Positions 1-10,320 of a stretch of 64,000 nucleotides of DNA are shown one piece after another. Position 1 is the first letter of the stretch, and each line of letters starts with the position of its first letter. The stretch is from Escherichia coli (lineage in GTDB: Bacteria > Pseudomonadota > Gammaproteobacteria > Enterobacterales > Enterobacteriaceae). Position numbers and translations under genes: made by a program. The notes under the pieces were generated by a model that made no database searches, was not told the origin of the DNA, and saw only the letters and a list, made by a program, of their open reading frames with translations. The DNA is taken from assembly GCF_044324875.1 (NCBI RefSeq), contig NZ_CP172185.1; one strand, 5' to 3'.

Positions 1-21
1 ACAAGTAAGGGGCTTTTCGTT

Positions 22-2466
22 ATGATGATTTTGAGTATTCTCGCTACGGTTGTCCTGCTCGGCGCGTTGTTCTATCACCGCGTGAGCTTATTTATCAGCA
101 GTCTGATTTTGCTCGCCTGGACAGCCGCCCTCGGCGTTGCTGGTCTGTGGTCGGCGTGGGTACTGGTGCCTCTGGCCATTATCCTCGTGCCATTTAACTT
201 TGCGCCTATGCGTAAGTCGATGATTTCCGCGCCGGTATTTCGCGGTTTCCGTAAGGTAATGCCGCCGATGTCGCGCACTGAGAAAGAAGCGATCGACGCA
301 GGCACCACATGGTGGGAAGGCGATTTGTTCCAGGGCAAGCCGGACTGGAAAAAGCTGCATAACTATCCGCAGCCGCGCCTGACCGCAGAAGAGCAAGCGT
401 TTCTCGATGGCCCGGTAGAAGAAGCCTGCCGGATGGCGAATGATTTCCAGATTACTCATGAGCTGGCTGATTTGCCGCCGGAGTTGTGGGCGTACCTTAA
501 AGAGCATCGTTTCTTCGCGATGATCATCAAAAAAGAGTACGGCGGGCTGGAGTTCTCGGCTTATGCCCAGTCTCGCGTGCTGCAAAAACTCTCCGGCGTG
601 AGCGGGATCCTGTCGATTACCGTCGGCGTGCCAAACTCATTAGGCCCGGGTGAGCTACTGCAACATTACGGCACTGACGAGCAGAAAGATCACTATCTGC
701 CGCGTCTGGCGCGTGGTCAGGAAATCCCTTGCTTTGCACTGACCAGCCCGGAAGCGGGTTCCGATGCGGGCGCGATTCCGGATACCGGGATTGTCTGCAT
801 GGGGGAATGGCAGGGCCAGCAGGTGCTGGGAATGCGTCTGACCTGGAACAAACGTTACATTACGCTCGCACCGATTGCGACCGTGCTTGGTCTGGCGTTT
901 AAACTCTCCGACCCGGAAAAACTGCTGGGTGGCGCAGAAGATTTAGGTATTACCTGTGCGCTGATCCCGACCACCACGCCGGGCGTGGAAATTGGTCGTC
1001 GCCACTTCCCGCTGAACGTGCCGTTCCAGAACGGACCGACGCGCGGTAAAGATGTCTTCGTACCGATCGATTACATTATCGGCGGACCAAAAATGGCCGG
1101 GCAAGGCTGGAGGATGCTGGTGGAGTGCCTCTCGGTAGGCCGCGGCATCACCCTGCCTTCCAACTCAACCGGCGGCGTGAAATCGGTAGCGCTGGCAACG
1201 GGTGCGTATGCGCACATTCGCCGTCAGTTCAAAATTTCTATTGGTAAGATGGAAGGGATTGAAGAGCCGCTGGCGCGTATTGCCGGTAATGCCTATGTGA
1301 TGGATGCTGCGGCATCGCTGATTACCTACGGCATTATGCTCGGTGAAAAACCTGCCGTGCTGTCGGCTATCGTTAAGTATCACTGTACCCACCGCGGGCA
1401 GCAGTCGATTATTGATGCGATGGATATCACTGGTGGCAAAGGCATTATGCTCGGGCAGAGCAACTTCCTGGCGCGTGCTTATCAGGGCGCGCCGATTGCC
1501 ATCACCGTTGAAGGGGCTAACATTCTGACCCGCAGCATGATGATCTTCGGACAAGGAGCGATTCGTTGCCATCCGTACGTGCTGGAAGAGATGGAAGCGG
1601 CGAAGAACAATGACGTCAACGCGTTCGATAAACTCCTGTTTAAACATATCGGTCACGTCGGTAGCAACAAAGTTCGCAGCTTCTGGCTGGGCCTGACGCG
1701 CGGTTTAACCAGCAGCACGCCAACCGGCGATGCCACTAAACGCTACTATCAACACCTGAACCGCCTGAGCGCCAACCTCGCCCTGCTTTCTGATGTCTCG
1801 ATGGCTGTGCTGGGCGGCAGCCTGAAACGTCGCGAGCGTATCTCGGCACGTCTGGGGGATATTTTAAGCCAGCTTTACCTCGCCTCTGCCGTTCTGAAGC
1901 GTTATGACGACGAAGGCCGTAATGAAGCCGACCTGCCGCTGGTGCACTGGGGCGTACAGGATGCGCTGTATCAGGCAGAACAGGCGATGGACGATTTACT
2001 GCAAAACTTCCCGAACCGCGTGGTTGCCGGGCTGCTGAATATGGTGATCTTCCCGACCGGACGTCATTATCTGGCACCGTCTGACAAGCTGGATCATAAA
2101 GTGGCGAAGATTTTACAAGTGCCGAACGCCACCCGTTCCCGCATTGGTCGCGGTCAGTACCTGACGCCGAGCGAGCATAACCCGGTTGGCTTACTGGAAG
2201 AGGCGCTGGTGGATGTGATTGCCGCCGACCCAATTCATCAGCGGATCTGTAAAGAGCTGGGTAAAAACCTGCCGTTTACCCGTCTGGATGAACTGGCGCA
2301 TAACGCGCTGGCGAAGGGGCTGATTGATAAAGATGAAGCCGCTATTCTGGTGAAAGCTGAAGAAAGCCGTCTGCGCAGTATTAACGTTGATGACTTTGAT
2401 CCGGAAGAGCTGGCGACGAAGCCGGTAAAGTTGCCGGAGAAAGTGCGGAAAGTTGAAGCCGCGTAA
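22..2466 (+). CDS. fadE: Acyl-CoA dehydrogenase FadE
   Basis: 814-aa ORF starting [24 protein letters not shown], matching FadE in length and sequence from memory; ATG at 22. Confidence 0.93.
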   Translation: MMILSILATVVLLGALFYHRVSLFISSLILLAWTAALGVAGLWSAWVLVPLAIILVPFNFAPMRKSMISAPVFRGFRKVMPPMSRTEKEAIDAGTTWWEGDLFQGKPDWKKLHNYPQPRLTAEEQAFLDGPVEEACRMANDFQITHELADLPPELWAYLKEHRFFAMIIKKEYGGLEFSAYAQSRVLQKLSGVSGILSITVGVPNSLGPGELLQHYGTDEQKDHYLPRLARGQEIPCFALTSPEAGSDAGAIPDTGIVCMGEWQGQQVLGMRLTWNKRYITLAPIATVLGLAFKLSDPEKLLGGAEDLGITCALIPTTTPGVEIGRRHFPLNVPFQNGPTRGKDVFVPIDYIIGGPKMAGQGWRMLVECLSVGRGITLPSNSTGGVKSVALATGAYAHIRRQFKISIGKMEGIEEPLARIAGNAYVMDAAASLITYGIMLGEKPAVLSAIVKYHCTHRGQQSIIDAMDITGGKGIMLGQSNFLARAYQGAPIAITVEGANILTRSMMIFGQGAIRCHPYVLEEMEAAKNNDVNAFDKLLFKHIGHVGSNKVRSFWLGLTRGLTSSTPTGDATKRYYQHLNRLSANLALLSDVSMAVLGGSLKRRERISARLGDILSQLYLASAVLKRYDDEGRNEADLPLVHWGVQDALYQAEQAMDDLLQNFPNRVVAGLLNMVIFPTGRHYLAPSDKLDHKVAKILQVPNATRSRIGRGQYLTPSEHNPVGLLEEALVDVIAADPIHQRICKELGKNLPFTRLDELAHNALAKGLIDKDEAAILVKAEESRLRSINVDDFDPEELATKPVKLPEKVRKVEAA

Positions 2467-2474
2467 TTGAATAA

Positions 2475-2499
2475 CGGAGCCGAAAGGCTCCGTTTCTTT
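2475..2499 (+). terminator. Rho-independent terminator after fadE
   Basis: Hairpin cggagcc-gaaa-ggctccg followed by tttcttt, directly after the fadE stop. Confidence 0.5.
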
Positions 2500-2508
2500 A
2501 TCCGCTAA

Positions 2509-2982
2509 TTATTTAAAATTAAAGCCATCCGGATGGTTTTCCAGGCTGCCGGTCAACGCCGCGAACAGCACCGTTTTACCATCAATCGAAAGCGCATCGT
2601 TCACATTCAACCAGGTGAGTTTCTCTTGCGACGTTTTCTCATCAATAGTCGAGAACAGCCCCGTCATCTGATTAGATTTCTCGGACCACATCACAGCGAT
2701 ACGTTGCGAGCCACAGTCATGCGGTTTGCACGCGCTCATCACCTGATACGTCTCATCTCCCAACGTTACGGTTTGTGCAGGGGTATAAGTCCCGCCTTTC
2801 ATCACCCAGGCAGGCAGCTTATGCCCTTGCACCATCTGATTAAACGCAGCTTTGGTGGTTTCGCCCTTTGCAAGGCTGCTAATGGTTAAATCATCCTGCG
2901 CCATTGCACTGGTGGCGATGACCAGAGCGGCGACTGTCGTTATTGCCTTAAACATCATTCCTCCCGAGCTTATCCTGCCCAT
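2509..2982 (-). CDS. ivy: Inhibitor of vertebrate lysozyme Ivy (periplasmic)
   Basis: 157-aa ORF with signal peptide (MFKAITTVAALVIATSAMAQDD) and a CKPHDCG motif; sits between fadE and yafV as in E. coli. Confidence 0.88.
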   Translation of the reverse strand: MGRISSGGMMFKAITTVAALVIATSAMAQDDLTISSLAKGETTKAAFNQMVQGHKLPAWVMKGGTYTPAQTVTLGDETYQVMSACKPHDCGSQRIAVMWSEKSNQMTGLFSTIDEKTSQEKLTWLNVNDALSIDGKTVLFAALTGSLENHPDGFNFK

Positions 2983-3135
2983 GTTATTAACCTCCTAAAG
3001 CCTGGCGATAACACGATAATTTGCAAATCAGATATTTCCAATATCAGCATTTGTTATCAATTTATTCTGCGCTAAGGCAACTGCCTGATAAGGTGTTAAA
3101 GTTATAAAACCCTTCGCATAAAGGAGTTGTACACC

Positions 3136-3906
3136 GTGCCTGGTTTGAAGATTACGCTTTTGCAGCAACCACTGGTGTGGATGGATGGTCCTGCCAACCT
3201 GCGTCATTTTGATCGTCAACTGGAAGATATTACCGGACGCGATGTGATCGTTCTACCGGAGATGTTTACCAGCGGCTTTGCCATGGAAGCGGCAGCTTCG
3301 TCGCTAGCACAAGATGACGTAGTGAACTGGATGACAGCCAAAGCGCAGCAGTGCAATGCGCTGATTGCAGGCAGTGTTGCATTACAAACGGAGTCTGGTT
3401 CGGTTAACCGCTTTTTGCTGGTTGAGCCAGGCGGCACGGTACATTTTTATGATAAGCGTCATCTGTTCCGCATGGCAGATGAGCATCTGCATTATAAAGC
3501 GGGCAATGCGCGAGTGATTGTGGAATGGCGCGGCTGGCGTATTTTGCCGCTGGTGTGCTACGACTTACGTTTTCCTGTGTGGTCGCGCAATCTCAACGAT
3601 TACGACCTCGCCCTGTACGTCGCCAACTGGCCGGCTCCGCGCTCTCTGCACTGGCAGGCATTGCTGACGGCCCGCGCGATTGAGAATCAAGCGTATGTGG
3701 CGGGATGCAATCGCGTCGGCAGCGATGGCAACGGCTGCCATTATCGCGGTGACAGCCGGGTGATTAATCCACAGGGCGAGATTATCGCCACCGCCGACGC
3801 GCATCAGGCAACGCGCATTGATGCGGAGCTGTCGATGGCGGCATTGCGGGAATATAGAGAAAAGTTTCCGGCATGGCGGGATGCGGATGAGTTTAGGTTG
3901 TGGTGA
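3136..3906 (+). CDS. yafV: Nitrilase-family omega-amidase YafV
   Basis: ORF translating [18 protein letters not shown] from GTG 3136, with AAGGAG 9 nt upstream; the ORF track begins at an upstream TTG (3127). Carbon-nitrogen hydrolase-like sequence. Confidence 0.85.
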   Translation: MPGLKITLLQQPLVWMDGPANLRHFDRQLEDITGRDVIVLPEMFTSGFAMEAAASSLAQDDVVNWMTAKAQQCNALIAGSVALQTESGSVNRFLLVEPGGTVHFYDKRHLFRMADEHLHYKAGNARVIVEWRGWRILPLVCYDLRFPVWSRNLNDYDLALYVANWPAPRSLHWQALLTARAIENQAYVAGCNRVGSDGNGCHYRGDSRVINPQGEIIATADAHQATRIDAELSMAALREYREKFPAWRDADEFRLW

Positions 3907-3944
3907 GTGGGTGTTGTGTTTAGGGCCGGGGAGAGTCGGGCTAA

Positions 3945-4160
3945 GACTACGAAAGCCCGCTCCCCTGCGACCACTTTTATCATAGGAGTGTGGAAGCGCT
4001 TTTCCATCAATTGCGATGACGTCTTTATCATTTGATGAATGGCAATCTCGCATCCAGTTAATAAAGCATTCGTGAAATTATACTGAACGGATACAAGACA
4101 TAACTCTAATTATGGTGCCGTGAACAGGATTACCATTTTCAAAATTACGATATTATTTGC
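3945..4160 (-). pseudogene. Internally deleted remnant of an ISAs1-family (H-repeat) transposase gene
   Basis: About 200 nt align at roughly 80 percent identity with 6143-6345 of the intact transposase gene, preceded by a sequence resembling that gene's 3' end (gactacgaaagcccgctcccc versus attacgaaagcccgctcccc at 5379). No intact reading frame. Confidence 0.6.
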
Positions 4161-4177
4161 AGTAATTATGTTATTAA

Positions 4178-4690
4178 TCATTGTGATATTTCCATCTCTG
4201 TGATTAATACCGGATAAGCATTTAATTGCAGAGTTTGCACGAAATTATCGCAGATAACTGGCAATAACAATAACCCATCAGCCCGCTGCTGTAATACCTC
4301 CATTCGTTCTACTGATTCAACATTAACAACCAAACCAAGGGCATTTAGCGATTTAAGGATCTCCAGATGTTCACTCATCCAGCGCAGAGAAAAAGGATCA
4401 TCACCAATTATAAAAACAGGCCCCCAGCCGGTTAATAACTGGCGTTTCATTACGGAGCCAGGATGAAGTCGAGTACATATTACAGGAAATACCCCCTGTT
4501 GCGATGGTTCCGATGATGTGGATAATTCAGAAATATTTTCCATTGTTAGTGAAGAATTAACATCCATTAATAATGGTGAAACAACCTCACTTTCCTTGCT
4601 AGTAATGGCTGCACTAATCTGAAAGGAAAATAACAATATTATTACGTACAAACTTATTTTTAACATAACACATTCAATCCGTTTATTCAT
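4178..4690 (-). CDS. Hypothetical exported protein (N-terminal hydrophobic signal-like segment), AT-rich orphan
   Basis: 170-aa ORF with MLKISLYVIILLFSFQISA near the N-terminus; low-GC codon usage; no recognisable family. Start uncertain (4690 or 4666). Confidence 0.45.
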   Translation of the reverse strand: MNKRIECVMLKISLYVIILLFSFQISAAITSKESEVVSPLLMDVNSSLTMENISELSTSSEPSQQGVFPVICTRLHPGSVMKRQLLTGWGPVFIIGDDPFSLRWMSEHLEILKSLNALGLVVNVESVERMEVLQQRADGLLLLPVICDNFVQTLQLNAYPVLITEMEISQ

Positions 4691-4756
4691 GTTATAGAAT
4701 AATAATGCTATAAATCATCATTAATGTTCAATTATTTAATCACACAATTTAAAAAA

Positions 4757-5260
4757 TCATCGACCAATGTGAATTGGCAATGTACCACTCAAGTTAAAAT
4801 CACTGAATATTTTATCAATTTCTCTTGCAGTTTCTATATATTTAACCTCTTTCGTACTTGCATTATAAATAGCCCAAGCCTCGGGATGGGATGTTCCACC
4901 AAACCTTACAAAAAAACTTGATTTCATATTATTATATAAATTAACATCAGGAAAAGGATCTTCTCCAAAATTAGTAGTATTAAATAATGAAAGTTCGTAT
5001 CGCTTAGAAAATTCTGTTGGTAGGATAGCTTCACTGCCATCAATAGCATTCATCCAGAGTTTGTTACCATTATATTCCAACAATAATCTCTGTTTTGCAT
5101 GTGTCTTATCTCGTTCTTTAACGACAGCGAATACCTTTTTAACAACTTGCTGTGCGGATGGTCCTATTGTATTACCAAAAGCTGGCAACCCGATTTTGCC
5201 ATAAACACTCTCCTGAATGAAATAAATATCCGTTTTATCGGCCTCGACAATATCTACCAT
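4757..5260 (-). CDS. Hypothetical protein, AT-rich orphan
   Basis: 167-aa ORF on the same strand as, and immediately upstream of, the 170-aa ORF; no recognisable motif. Confidence 0.45.
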   Translation of the reverse strand: MVDIVEADKTDIYFIQESVYGKIGLPAFGNTIGPSAQQVVKKVFAVVKERDKTHAKQRLLLEYNGNKLWMNAIDGSEAILPTEFSKRYELSLFNTTNFGEDPFPDVNLYNNMKSSFFVRFGGTSHPEAWAIYNASTKEVKYIETAREIDKIFSDFNLSGTLPIHIGR

Positions 5261-5339
5261 TTATCCCTCCAAACAAGACCTGACTCCAGGACAAGAGCAT
5301 AGTGTGTAGTAAACACTTCATGCTCTTGCCCTGACCATT

Positions 5340-6560
5340 GAAATAACAACTTTCGTTTGTTTACTGTACCAGGGCAAGATTACGAAAGCCCGCTCCCCGC
5401 AAGGACTGACGCCAGGTAGTTTCTGTCCATGGCTGCTTTTCGCATCTTACGTCTTAACCCTGCCTTGAATACCTTATCATTCGTCAAAATATTAATAGCA
5501 ATGTGCCGTATCCCTGAAAATAATTCTGCTGCGTTTCCTCTTCTTATTTTGCAGTCGTCTTCATTCATTACCACGTCCAGACGCCAGTGCAGCTTATTCT
5601 CCACGTGCCAGTGGTTTCGGATTGCTGTGGCGAACTTCTCTGCGGTTAAATCAGCAGAACTGATATAATATCTGACCGTCATTTCGGGCTCTTTCTTTTG
5701 TTCTGCTATTATTGACCGAAAGGAGACTGCCACGCATAATTTCTTCAGACCTTTCCATTCAAACGTGAAATCAATAAGTTCATCAGGGACATCGCAAACA
5801 ATATGAAGACGGATTTCTTCTCTGCCGTGACTCTTTTCACTCATTGCGTAACTGTCATGCTCTGGATTATTTAATTCTTTCAGTGGGAATTTTTCCTCAA
5901 AGGCTTTATTAAGCCGCCCCTGATTTCCTTTTACAGCGAATAAATAATCACCGCCCTGTTTTTGTATCTTCTCTGCAATATCTTTCTGGCAACCCATCGC
6001 ATCAGTTGTGATGATTTTTCCTTTAATATCCAGCATGTTAAGAAGTTCTGGGATAGCTGTAATCTCATTGGATTTCTCATCCGTCTTGATCTGTCCGATG
6101 ACCAGGCTGTGCATTGTTGAGAACGCACTAATGACATGAATCGCTCCCCTGCGGCGACTCTTGTCATAAGAGTGCCGGAGCGTTTTTCCATCAATTGCGA
6201 TGACGTCTTTATCATCTGAAGTATGGCAGTCTCGCATCCAGTTAATAAAGCACTCGTGAAATTTTGCAGGACTGATACAGGATACAACTCTGGCGATGGT
6301 ATCGTGAACAGGAATACCATTTTCAAAATCACCGTATTGTTTTAAAAAATCGAGATGTGTTTCCCCAAAATCCTCTATATCTTCCCAACCTTCTGCACCC
6401 GAAATAACGGCACAAATAGTCAACAGTAGAATATCCGACAATTTATGTTCCACTTTCCAGGCTTGTCTGTAATCGGGAATAACAGAAATATGCTCCATCA
6501 ATTTTTAAGTTCCATTTTGTTCCCCTTAATTATGTAAGGAGTATTTGATCATGTATAAGT
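5340..6560 (-). mobile_element. ISAs1-family (H-repeat) insertion element; ends approximate
   Basis: Contains the intact transposase gene; element termini were not resolved, so boundaries are approximate. Confidence 0.5.
5380..6498 (-). CDS. ISAs1-family transposase (Rhs-associated H-repeat protein)
   Basis: About 372 aa from ATG 6498 (track begins at TTG 6501); sequence [46 protein letters not shown] ... [25 protein letters not shown] is characteristic of H-repeat / ISAs1 transposases. Confidence 0.85.
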   Translation of the reverse strand: MEHISVIPDYRQAWKVEHKLSDILLLTICAVISGAEGWEDIEDFGETHLDFLKQYGDFENGIPVHDTIARVVSCISPAKFHECFINWMRDCHTSDDKDVIAIDGKTLRHSYDKSRRRGAIHVISAFSTMHSLVIGQIKTDEKSNEITAIPELLNMLDIKGKIITTDAMGCQKDIAEKIQKQGGDYLFAVKGNQGRLNKAFEEKFPLKELNNPEHDSYAMSEKSHGREEIRLHIVCDVPDELIDFTFEWKGLKKLCVAVSFRSIIAEQKKEPEMTVRYYISSADLTAEKFATAIRNHWHVENKLHWRLDVVMNEDDCKIRRGNAAELFSGIRHIAINILTNDKVFKAGLRRKMRKAAMDRNYLASVLAGSGLS

Positions 6561-6725
6561 AATAAAAAACAGCCTCAGGTAATGAGGAATATCTCAAATT
6601 TTAAACATAAAATGCGAATTATTTAGTACAAAAAAGCAGCGTTACGTGATCTTTCCCTGTGCCGGTACCTTTGTCGTTTAATCTGGCAGCTAAAGGCATA
6701 TTGTTTTCCTGTCTGGAATATCAGC

Positions 6726-6780
6726 GACAAAAAATTTAAAAAACGGTAAGGTGCTTAACTCAGTAATAATCACCTTACCG
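6726..6780 (-). terminator. Putative terminator after the cargo operon
   Basis: Inverted repeat cggtaaggtg / caccttaccg followed, on the minus strand, by a T-rich run (ttttttaaatttttt); just downstream of the 336-aa gene stop. Confidence 0.4.
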
Positions 6781-6810
6781 GACATCCTGATTTGTAGCCC
6801 AACAGGTTAA

Positions 6811-7821
6811 TCAAGTAACAGGGATAAACTGACCATCAATCAGCGAAAATACCGGAGCGTAATACCCCATACGCTCTTCACCACTTTCATCTGTAAAACG
6901 GTAAGTCAGTGGGGAATATATTGGTTTCGATTTATTATATAGCTGCACCATACGTCCACCATTCATAACCCGGACGGCATAATCGTCCCACCTGATGGGC
7001 TGCATTCTGGCTTTCCCTCCCTCCACATTATCTTTTGAGAAGAGTGAGAGTAATATGTCATCCTCAGAGTCACCGGTTGTGGCTGACCATGCCTTCAGCG
7101 CCTCTTTGTTATAAGCTTTCAGACGTGCCCTGTCCCGGCTACTGATGATGCTTGCCATTTCGGTATAGGCGGCTTTTAACTTCCGTAACTGCTCGTCGCT
7201 TCCGGTATAGGGGGTTGCCCGCGTCCAGGCCCATTCAGGAAGCCCTGTCACGGTAACTTTTTGAGTGAACTGATACACCTTCATCCCTTTCGGGAAATAG
7301 GTTTCATCAAAATAATCTGGATCAATAAATCCTGGCTCCGCCTGCTCAGCCAAAATCTCTTTCCGGATAACGGGATGCACGCTGTCTGGCCGGGCTTCAG
7401 GTATGCCCTGCTGGTTGATGGTCACTTTTATTGAAGAAAGCAGCGTTTCCTCCTGTTTAATAAAACGAACCAAATCCAGGCTGCATCCTGCTTTTGGAAA
7501 AAAACGCCCCCGTTCTTCCATACTGGCAGGCTTGTCAGAAAACCATCCTAATGCCCCAATCTCCAGACTGATTTCATTTTCTCCATTCGCCATCAGCATC
7601 ATGGCATTGGTGCTGGATATGGCCCCGGTTGAATCACCATTTGCCCGCCAGGCACTTCTTCGGTTACTGAACCCGAGGACGCCATTAGTCTTAATGGCAC
7701 AATATGACTCTTCAATATTAAACTTACTGCGAATTTTTTGCTGGTTATCGTTAGAGCAAAATCCAGTTCCCATAACAACTCCTGACAGTAAAATAACCGA
7801 TATTAAATGTTTTGCCTTCAT
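6811..7821 (-). CDS. Signal-peptide protein, candidate immunity protein of the vgrG-linked cargo module
   Basis: 336-aa ORF starting MKAKHLISVILLSGVVMGTGFC (Sec-type signal, possible lipoprotein); last gene of the vgrG-adaptor-effector operon; AT-rich. The ORF is confident; the function is inferred from position only. Confidence 0.55.
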   Translation of the reverse strand: MKAKHLISVILLSGVVMGTGFCSNDNQQKIRSKFNIEESYCAIKTNGVLGFSNRRSAWRANGDSTGAISSTNAMMLMANGENEISLEIGALGWFSDKPASMEERGRFFPKAGCSLDLVRFIKQEETLLSSIKVTINQQGIPEARPDSVHPVIRKEILAEQAEPGFIDPDYFDETYFPKGMKVYQFTQKVTVTGLPEWAWTRATPYTGSDEQLRKLKAAYTEMASIISSRDRARLKAYNKEALKAWSATTGDSEDDILLSLFSKDNVEGGKARMQPIRWDDYAVRVMNGGRMVQLYNKSKPIYSPLTYRFTDESGEERMGYYAPVFSLIDGQFIPVT

Positions 7822-7887
7822 AATTATTCTCTCTCAAAAGGGGAAAATACTCATTATACTGTTCACTTTTAATTTCTGTAATATCAC

Positions 7888-9459
7888 TTAATAATCCATA
7901 CCTATCGTCCACGTTGTCACTGGCTTCGGCGGTGTTACTTTTTTCTCCACAGTGCGTTCTTTACCGTATAAATTAACCCGTAATGGTGAATCCTTTACCT
8001 CCATAGGATCACATAACTGCCACTCAACGGTATCTTTCTTCTCAGGTTTTTCGCTCTTTTCCTTCCCCTTTCCTTTTTCATCAACTTCACCATGAGACAC
8101 ATCAATCTTAAATTCAAACTTCCCTTTAATGCCGTCATGAAATAATGCTAGGTCCAGTCCGTCATCATGTGAATCAAATCCAAATCCAGCTTTCGCTTCT
8201 ATAGAGGCAGTCGCTTCGGCGGTCAGTTGTACAACAAAAACATTCGCCTCAAACGTCGCACTCACCACACCTTTTAAACCGAGCTTGATGTTACTTTCCT
8301 TTACATTAAACTCCCATTTTTTATCCTTTTCAGCGTATACTGCGCCAAGATCAAGATTAATCTCCGCTGAAATCTCGATATAGCATTCAACACTGGCTCC
8401 GTTTTTACGGAGATATTCACGACATCTGTTGACCAATGACTCGACTTTACAATATGCACATATAAATGAAATAATATCGAATCTGAACGACGCTTCAAAA
8501 AATGGGGCACCAAACAAACCATAAAAATGACAGGGGCCATCCTGGATATCGGTATATTGATAGGCATACGATATACCCAGTTTAACGGGTTCTATTTTTG
8601 CACTGAACAATGCATATTTGCGCGTACCATTATTATTGTCAGGATCTGGCGCAAAATATTTATTGACATTCTTGACCAGAGAGTCAATTCTTCCTATCTG
8701 TTCCAGTTGCTTTGTTTGTCGAAGTTTTTTTATCTCTTTTTCATATTCACTTGTGTGTTCAACATTAGCTATTTTTACGCCAAAATCGACAGTCAGGGAA
8801 GTCTTGTTTATCCACTCAAACTCAGCAGTGGTATTTGTCCAGCCGCTACGGAGTTTATTTTTATCCCTGGGCTTGGTGTTCTCCATTGCGTCCCTGGCTT
8901 TTATTCTTTCGTCACGCCGCTCTTTTACTGTTCTCGTCTGTTTTGATGACGAAATCTCATAGCTGAACCCTGTAGTAAACCTAATTTCCACTGTAGGATA
9001 AACATCAATTTCAACATAATTGCCACATTCGTAACAACTGTCAATTCTGACTGAATAATGGGCAGGTTCATAATGATTCTTAAGTGGAGAGGATATTGCC
9101 CCCAAATAATCCCATGGTACTCGAAATGTACCCATAGCAATTATTTCACCTTCAGACAAGTTATCATCCAAAGTGACCTTATTAGGTATTCCGAAAGGTT
9201 GCAGTATCTTATGATTATTTTCTGATTCTTCCTCTAACCATGCCTCATGTGTTCCACTTTTATCGCACTGGTAGGTAATGGTAATTATACCATCACATCC
9301 GGAACCATCATCCAGTAGCTTAAAACGCGCCACTCCTTCTTTTGACCAGAAATGTTTCTCGCCGGCCTCTGGAAAATCACTAATAACATCAAAAATACAT
9401 GGATCAGGAATGCCGCATTCCACACAGGGCTTTCCGGCTGTCGAAGATGGAGATGTCAT
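7888..9459 (-). CDS. Candidate T6SS cargo effector of unknown activity
   Basis: 523-aa ORF directly downstream of the DUF4123 adaptor; no signal peptide; about 13 cysteines including three C-x-x-C pairs (C12/C15, C142/C145, C334/C337); lysine-rich C-terminus; no G-x-S-x-G lipase motif found by eye. The ORF is confident; the function is inferred. Confidence 0.55.
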   Translation of the reverse strand: MTSPSSTAGKPCVECGIPDPCIFDVISDFPEAGEKHFWSKEGVARFKLLDDGSGCDGIITITYQCDKSGTHEAWLEEESENNHKILQPFGIPNKVTLDDNLSEGEIIAMGTFRVPWDYLGAISSPLKNHYEPAHYSVRIDSCYECGNYVEIDVYPTVEIRFTTGFSYEISSSKQTRTVKERRDERIKARDAMENTKPRDKNKLRSGWTNTTAEFEWINKTSLTVDFGVKIANVEHTSEYEKEIKKLRQTKQLEQIGRIDSLVKNVNKYFAPDPDNNNGTRKYALFSAKIEPVKLGISYAYQYTDIQDGPCHFYGLFGAPFFEASFRFDIISFICAYCKVESLVNRCREYLRKNGASVECYIEISAEINLDLGAVYAEKDKKWEFNVKESNIKLGLKGVVSATFEANVFVVQLTAEATASIEAKAGFGFDSHDDGLDLALFHDGIKGKFEFKIDVSHGEVDEKGKGKEKSEKPEKKDTVEWQLCDPMEVKDSPLRVNLYGKERTVEKKVTPPKPVTTWTIGMDY

Positions 9460-9480
9460 ATAATCTATCCGTTTGTCTTT

Positions 9481-10320
9481 TTATTGTGGGATAAATCCCA
9501 GTTCCTGTTGTGCAAGTTCATGTACCCGAATATGTCCCGGGTATGACTGATTGCTGAGTTGTTCATACCAGTCATCCGGAATATATCTGAGATCGATTAT
9601 ATTTTTTTTCAGTAATATAAGCGTCATTGTTCTGACGGAACGATCATCTGCTATATTTAATGACTGGCAAAAAGAGAAATAATCTTCTGCCAGAATTCGG
9701 GATGATTCAGCTTTTGATGAATCATCCCATCCGTTTTTATCTACATTTTCTTCGATAAATGCAGATAATATATCAAGATAATTATCCCGTGCCTTTCGTT
9801 CCAGTTGGCTATATTGTCTGTAACTCAGCGTCAGTTGTGATGGCCGTTCTGCCCTTATATTCATAGTTTCTGCGGGACGGACGGAAGAAAAATTATCCTC
9901 ACGACATTCTTCACCATAACGGGTACTTAGCTGTCTGACGGGACTGATAAAAGAAAGACGCTGGCGGGGGGTCAGAACTTCCACTAATACCCATATATTC
10001 CGGGGATCATAAAATCGCATGAGAACAGGTTTCTCCTGTTCGGGGATCCTAACCCACAGATAACGTCTGAAGTGTTGCTGTAGCTCACGCATGGATGACT
10101 CAGAAGTCAGATATATTCCCCATGGCGACGCCTTAACACTCAGCCATGCTTCAACCTCCGGAACGACTTCCACGAGATAGGGGGCTAGCGCGACCAGATC
10201 CAGTTGTATGGGTTCTGCATACAGACAACAGTGCGGGGGATTCACCTCGTTCAGAAAATCCAGCAATCCTTCCTCCACAGCGCCATCCACAATGGCGTAC
10301 TGCACGGGTGCCGTTTCCAT
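9481..10320 (-). CDS. T6SS adaptor/chaperone, DUF4123 (Tap) family
   Basis: About 279 aa with N-terminal YAIVDGA and LMRFYDPR motifs typical of DUF4123 adaptors; ATG at 10320 overlaps the vgrG TGA stop (TGATG). Confidence 0.7.
   Translation of the reverse strand: METAPVQYAIVDGAVEEGLLDFLNEVNPPHCCLYAEPIQLDLVALAPYLVEVVPEVEAWLSVKASPWGIYLTSESSMRELQQHFRRYLWVRIPEQEKPVLMRFYDPRNIWVLVEVLTPRQRLSFISPVRQLSTRYGEECREDNFSSVRPAETMNIRAERPSQLTLSYRQYSQLERKARDNYLDILSAFIEENVDKNGWDDSSKAESSRILAEDYFSFCQSLNIADDRSVRTMTLILLKKNIIDLRYIPDDWYEQLSNQSYPGHIRVHELAQQELGFIPQ

Noticed and set aside
3907-3960. Possible att-like repeat of the tRNA-Asp 3' end near the yafV-proximal island edge (gagtcgggct versus gacgggactc).
   Set aside because: The similarity is short and imperfect and I cannot distinguish it from chance by eye.
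3565-4053. 162-aa minus-strand ORF with transposase-like residues ([10 protein letters not shown]...).
   Set aside because: It is the out-of-context reading of the degraded H-repeat fragment fused to the antisense of the yafV 3' end, not an intact gene; annotated as a pseudogene remnant instead.
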